Positions 57,687 through 64,000 of a stretch of DNA of 64,000 nucleotides are shown here, piece after piece. The DNA lies in NCBI GenBank assembly GCA_002633005.1, contig NMRA01000170.1, positions 689,007-753,006 on the forward strand, in the 5' to 3' direction. The notes beneath the pieces were generated by a model that saw nothing but the letters and a program-made list of their open reading frames with translations, was not told the origin of the DNA and did not search any database. The stretch is from Phoronis australis (lineage: Eukaryota; Animalia; Phoronida). Positions within the stretch are counted from its first letter, which is position 1. Each line of letters opens with the position of its first letter. A program made the position numbers and the translations under genes.

Positions 57687-60600
57687 TTACACTTGTATGG
57701 GATCTGTGTACTCTGTGGAATGGAAACGGTTAGTAACCTCCTTGAAAGGTGACTGGAACACAACTGGCTCCTCATCAGCAAGACTGTAAAGTAAATAATG
57801 AAAGACACAATTTTATCACAAAATTTATCTCATCCAAAGGAGCTGGAATGGTATCAAAGGCTACATTTTGTGGAGAGTAAACATTGTACAACGAGTTCTA
57901 GTAAAAGTTATACAAGCGAGGCACAAGTGAGACATGCACTAGTGGGACACGCACATGTGGACGAGCACATGTGACTGGCATACATGTGGGCCATGCACAT
58001 GTGGGGCAAGCACACATGAGACTGACATATGCATGTGGGTCATGCACATGAGGGGCAAGCACAAGTGACCGGCATACACATGTGGGCCATGCCTATGTGG
58101 AGGAAGCACGCATGGGACTGGCATATGCATGTGGGACAAACACATGAGGGGCATATACATGTGGGCCATGCACGTGTGAGCCATGCACGCATGGGACATG
58201 CACCTGTGGAGGAACCATACTTGGGACATGCAAACGTGGGGCATACACAGGTGGGACAAGCAGAAGTCGCATGTTTGCTTAACGCTGACAAAAGTGAGCA
58301 GTACCGAATTGCTGAAATGCTATTCAGTTTTTTGCGTGGCGTGCAATTTCAAAAGTACCAAAGTGGCTAACTGAAAAGTCAAAGCCGGCAAATCCTGCAA
58401 TGTGCATATTCATCACCTTTACCAGAAGGCTTTACAAAGCTAAACTGACTTTCCCAACTTGATTCAAACCTATCTTTCTACCGTGTTTTCTTTTTTTCTC
58501 TGGTGTTTCCATTGAGTTTGTTTTCCTCGCATTCCATTTTACGGACCATTGACAGAGGAAAATAAACGCTCATTATTTCATTATTTCCTCAAGTCAAATA
58601 CTTAAAAAGTAATGTAATGAGAACCAATCAACAATGAGACAACAAGTCAAGACAATTGTATTGTCCACCAGGTCTCACATATGGCTTTGATATTGTCAGT
58701 CTGGCTTCATTAAAATTTTGCTTTTGGAAGACCAATAATTCTTGCAGCAATGTTACAGTGAAAAAACAAGCACAAAATCTGATAAGACAACCACCGGTAC
58801 TTAAATTTTTCCAACAACAATTTTCTGATGCCGTAAGCCTAGGTCTTGTGATAAATGTGGTACGCGTGGATGAAGAATTGAAAGCTGTCATGTAAATTGA
58901 CAGGGTTGGCAGGTTTGCAAAAGATCTATAGGACTTAAGTCATTTACTTCGAGTCACCTCAACAAGGCTTTGCTTCCATGCGCAGTCCCCGTTTCAACAA
59001 AACGCACCACAGCACAGCACAAAGTCACCGCAAGCACAAGGCAGCAAAAAAAACAGGCAAAGTGGGCAGTAAACCAGCAAAACACTGGAGAGGGAGGTCG
59101 TTCTGACATCATAGAGCAGGATGACTGACGACCTTACACAAATGAATCCTTTTACAACAAACCTGGTATTAATAAGATTTGCTCGATAACGTGCATATCC
59201 CTTTCTACATTTCTTTTTGATGAACACAGACAAAAAGTTAGCACAGTTCAAAGTGCCAGTGAGCACTGACTCCTTCTGTGCACAGCTAGCAGACACGTGA
59301 TTTGATGCAGACAGCTGGCAATATGGGTCCACGTGCCTGTGTTTCATGCAATCATTCACTTGCACAGTAGTTATAGTGCAATTATAGAACATAAAATTAT
59401 GCATTGCACAGATATGCTAATGTTTTCACTACTATTACTGTTACAACTTTTTGTTTTCTCTAAAAGGATATTGATTATAGTAAACTTTGGCTAGAACAAA
59501 CAATTTAGGCAGGTCCCAGAAGGTTCGTTGTAAAGAGGTTGGATTGTACTGGAGATGGCAGGCATGCGCTTGGGAGGCGAGCTTGCATTATCATGCAGTG
59601 ACCAGCAAAAACATTCGGGAGGCGGGCTTTTATGACCAAGCAGGAAGATTGGTAGAATGACATTAACTTACCAATTATATGTAACTGACAGGAAGACTAC
59701 AACAGACAGGCAGAATTAAGAAACATGAAAAAATGAGACATACAAATTACATTAAAGCTTCACAAACTGCATGCTCAGGTCCGCAGACGAATAAATGCCA
59801 CAGAATAGATGTTTGCTCATTTTTATCAAAAAAACCTTATACAATCTGAAAATTTTGTATATTATGTAGTTGGAATAATTAGTTTATATTTTTTGTGTAG
59901 CATCCTGAACTTTTAGTGAATAAACATGACTGTATCACTAAACAGCACCAAAGGTTCAATATAAAGATGTATATTTTGAATGAAAGACTGAATATTAATT
60001 CTCCACAGCAAATGTGAGTAATCCATATTGTAAAATCTTTGTCTTTATTAGATAGCAATCTTTTGAACCACTGAAACTATTTCTTTGTTGATTTAATTGG
60101 TCATTCATATAATGCCGACCTCTCTGGTTCATTTCCTTTTCTGTAACTAATATCACCTTGACATTACAAGTTAATTAGATGGCCAATTAGTACATGAAGG
60201 GCTTCAATATTACTCTATGTTATGTTCCACACTCTTGGACACTGAAAAGAGAAGGGTTAAGGTCGAATATGGGCATACTTAAATAATTCTGCTATTGAGT
60301 GTATTGTGGTGACTGACCTGTCACAAAACTGTGGCTTACAGACATTAGTCAATTGAGTTTGTGTATTGTGGTGACTGACCTGTCACAAAACTGTGGCTTA
60401 CCGATATTAGTCAATATTGAGTTTGTGTATTATGGCGTATATTGTAGAGACTGGCCCATCACCAAACTGTGGGTAATAGAAAATAGTAATCATTTTGACA
60501 GAAACCAATTACCATGTTTAGCTCAGCTGAGCACAGCCTAACAATAGTCATGGTTTCTGATGCAGGGCGTTCAATGAACCACTAATAATGTCGTACCAGA

Positions 60601-63600
60601 ACTTTTCCCTGAATTTAACCAGCAGAATGTGTGGAATGAAAGATCAATTATACTAATGTCCCGAATACCTCGCATATTTTCCCACACTTGAACCCCTGGA
60701 GGTCAATGTTACCGGTGTGCATGTGCAGACTTCAATCATACAACAAACTGTGTAACTTTCAAACTGGAGAATAATTGGCCACGTATGCTGGGAACGTTTA
60801 CCTCTCAACGAAAATTTGAAGCTACTAACTGAAATGTTGCGGATGTAACACTGATTAAGTGGCTAGTACATAGAAGTGTTCAACTTGACCTTTGGTCAAG
60901 AGTGTTCAAGATGGCCAGAGTGTACAGTATACAGCTATACTGTTTTCATAAATATTAACGAGGGTGATCAATTAATTGTAAACACTTACTCAGGGTCTGT
61001 GCTTTCTATGCTGTCAATATTAGTTGCCTTAAGTTCTGTCTTAAAAGTGGTTAGCACCAGGGGGCGCACAGAGCCATGTTTTACCTAAAATGAGAACAAA
61101 AACGAAATATGCAAGAGACAATTTTTCTTTATTTAAATTTCTTCCTTTGTTATTAAATGTCAAGCGAAGTTATCACTTTTATACAGACAAACATTTCATT
61201 TCAACAAGAAGCGAACTTTTACAAGTTGCCTTAAGTTTGTTTATTTCTCTTAAATCATTCATCTCCTTTCAACAATCTACAAACCTGTATGGTAAAATGC
61301 AACAATTGCACTTTTCATGCAAAGTAGCACTCACCTAGTAATTTCATTAAAAGTTGGCACCTGGTGGGTTGATTGGGCATTTTAAGTTTTTTGTGAAGGC
61401 TACGAATGGCTTAATTGATTTTTGAATTCTGTTCTAAGTGAAAGAGTGCCAGCTGTTGTATTTTGATCATTTTTTAAGTAGTCGGCTGCACTACCAGTAG
61501 TGGTAAAAGATAAACGACTTTCGAATCAGTTTCAATAAAGTGTGCAAGGTTTTTAAAGTTTTTAGCCCAATATGCTGTTCATATTTTCAGGTTTTGTAAA
61601 CACTGTAGAACAAACTGTTGGAGCTGGCAAGACCTGGTTCTTCAAGCCCCAAATCAGCAAAAACTGTTGAGTGGCACCTTCAAGCAATTTTCCCCCAAGG
61701 CGAGAGGACGAACACTCCTTTCGCGGAGCTTTGTGCATAGAAAGTCACAATGTGAACATGTTAAATTGGGACTCGCACTTTTTAAAATTGTAGATTAGCC
61801 CTAGCTAGTTCTGGTGATCCATGACGCAGCTCCAGGTTCATGACAAGGAGACCATCCATGCAGATCAACACACAATACATTATTCTATGAAGGCCTCTCT
61901 TGAAATGTAAAATAGTGCCTTGTTAGCAGAGCCCCTTTGTACACAAAATATATGCCTTACCTTTGGACTCGAATCCGTATTATGCGCTAAGTATCTATGA
62001 AGTGAGGCCTTTGCCCAGATCATAAGACTAGAGCCATCTGGAGGAATGTTACTGGACTTGTCACGGTCTAATAAAGTTAGGACACGTGATAAATGGAGAA
62101 TTACATTTCTGAAAAGAACACAAACGATGACTGAGCCAGTTATGACTGAGCCAGTTAAACACTGTACGTATTACCATGACAACCACTATATTATTTGACT
62201 GATCATTCCCTGCTTTCTTATAGACTGACCAAAGTTGAATAAGTCTTAATTTCTTTATCAATTTGATAACAATGATGACGATTGCGACGATGATGGTCTC
62301 ATTTTCACCATCACTGTGCATTTCATCGCCATGGGCATCTTGTGGCACAATAACTGTCAGTGGCGTAGCCGTTTTTGACAGTTGTATCGTGTCAGTGACA
62401 TCGTTATTATTTGCGCTCCCACAATTATTGTCAGAACATCAGTGCTGTCAGATCTGTGTTCAAGGCAGCATCAGCTTCATTGTAAGTAGTCTTTGAGGTC
62501 GCCCTCTGCATTATCATTGATGACGAGGGCATTGTTGTTTATCGTATCACTGTCTTTATCTTCATACTCCCTTTTCTAGCTGATTCCACTAAATGTCCCA
62601 CCGTCACAGCACTTTCACTTAATATTCGTTGTAACTTTTCCCACTTTATAGTTCAGTATAAAAGCTAAGCAACTGATCATTTTAAATAAACTCCCATTAA
62701 ACAAGTATTCTAACATACTGAGTCGAGTAATCCAACATACTGAATTGCTTTGGATTTCTCCGTGTCCGCCTCAGCCAGTGTCAGTTTGCTCTCAGCTTCA
62801 CTCTTCATCTTCAGAAACACATCCGAATAAGGCTGTAACTCACTAACCAGCTCCTTGTACTCAGACTTGGAACAAATTGATGAGTTGTCTGAAAGAGGTA
62901 CAGCTAATCATTAGATCATCACTTAACTGCATATCATATGCCTACATTAAGGTTTTACACAAAATATACATAAAATAAGTAAAGCCAGTTTTTAAGATAT
63001 TATTGTGAAACGCTGTTCTCCCAAACTTGGAAAGCCTCTTGTCAAGACCAAAATGACCACAAGGTCCTGCAGTGGTCAAATGGACCCAAAAATCAAACGG
63101 TACTGGCACACTGATATCATGTATCTCTGTGTCAAGTTTCATTAAAGTATAAGCTATTATCATTTTCTTAGATATCAATCAGAAATACTCTTGCCCCCCA
63201 AAAATACACCGGTGGGGGCCAGATTGAAAAAATCTAGTGAGGCCTTATACCCTTGTGCCAAATTTCATCTAAACCCAACCAAGCCTATTTGACATATTGA
63301 GCGGACACCTGGACGCCAAGACAGCATGGCAACGACATACGACCACATAATATTGTATATTTATGTTGAGGCATAAAAATGATTCTGTAGCTTTGTATTC
63401 CTGGCCCTCAAAATATTAGCAGTTTATGTGTTAATATTAAATAGTGAGGGATTGCAAAATAAATGTAAATTCAGTAATGGCAACTCTAATTGGTCATGGG
63501 ACAGTTTTCAGTTCGTCAACATCTCACCCAATTTCCTTCACAAATGCATGTTAGATGTTGATTTCCAGGGGCCAGCTTTGGGTTACACAATATACTATGT

Positions 63601-63948
63601 CACAAAAATACACTTGTCCACGACACAATGACCTGGAGGTGATGTTGACTTGGTGGTGGGGTCCCACTGATCTAATGGTGGGATTGCAGTGACCTGGTGT
63701 CAGGGTGGCAATCACGTGGTGGGGTCGCAGTGACGTCATGTCGGGGGTCATAGTGACCTGGTAATGGGGTTGGAGTGACCTGGTGGTGAGGTCAGTCACC
63801 TGGTGGAAGGACACATTCACTTTCAAAATGCAAAAATATGTTCAGTAACTATAGCAAATACCTACCATAAATGGCATTTCCATATTCTACAGTCGGTTTG
63901 TCTTCCTCATGCACGACAAATGACTCCTTACTGGGCTTTGAACTTTTG
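57687..63948 (-). CDS. 3' end of an unidentified protein-coding gene (last 5 exons, about 190 aa), convergent with TMEM94
   Basis: Exons 63948-63866, 62888-62741, 62108-61961, 61084-60990 and 57783-57687 have good acceptors, GT donors on the four internal exons, matching phases and one open frame: KSSKPSKESFVVHEEDKPTVEYGNAIYDNSSICSKSEYKELVSELQPYSDVFLKMKSEAESKLTLAEADTEKSKAIQNVILHLSRVLTLLDRDKSSNIPPDGSSLMIWAKASLHRYLAHN...EYTDPIQV*. Confidence 0.7.
57915..58262. repeat. 20-bp minisatellite
   Basis: cacatgtggg(c/g/a)catg repeats. Confidence 0.88.
60295..60430. repeat. Tandem duplication of about 61 bp
   Basis: gtgtattgtggtgactgacctgtcacaaaactgtggctta, 2 copies. Confidence 0.85.
63625..63810. repeat. 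Degenerate G-rich minisatellite
   Basis: cagtgacctggtggtggggt repeats. Confidence 0.7.
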
Positions 63949-64000
63949 CTGAAAAATAACAAAACAAATTTGATTGGGGCTCACTCTCAACTGCCAGTAT

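Noticed and set aside
57939-58374. His/Cys/Met-rich ORFs resembling metallothionein or metal-binding proteins
   Set aside because: Arise from a 20-bp cacatgtggg minisatellite open on both strands, inside an intron of the third gene.
62200-62640. Coding-looking acidic stretch (EYEDKDSDTINNNA...) on the minus strand
   Set aside because: Interrupted by stops, no convincing splice sites, and the flanking exons join in phase without it.

Overview
AT-rich, intron-rich eukaryotic DNA, most likely a marine invertebrate (inferred from the repeat types). Almost all ORFs in the supplied track are spurious or partial exons. I rebuilt three spliced genes by hand using GT-AG sites and phase continuity. 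(1) The 5' part of an inactive rhomboid (iRhom/RHBDF) gene on the minus strand: 7 coding exons, 10093-1547, continuing off the left edge. (2) A complete 27-exon TMEM94 (ERMA, P-type ATPase-like) gene on the plus strand, 24858-54035, about 1375 aa. (3) The last 5 exons of an unidentified minus-strand gene, 63948-57687. iRhom and TMEM94 are head-to-head. A candidate shared promoter near 20.0-20.4 kb lies among inverted repeats and is present twice, probably as a haplotype duplication at an assembly N. Introns hold several non-autonomous DNA transposons with clear TIRs and TSDs (Tc2/pogo-like, hAT-like, PIF/Harbinger-like), Helentron-like dispersed repeats and many minisatellites. The most striking pattern is that at least 8 exon boundaries in iRhom and TMEM94 are the terminal unit of a locus-specific tandem array. 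Each array is built from degenerate copies of the splice junction itself and always extends into the intron.
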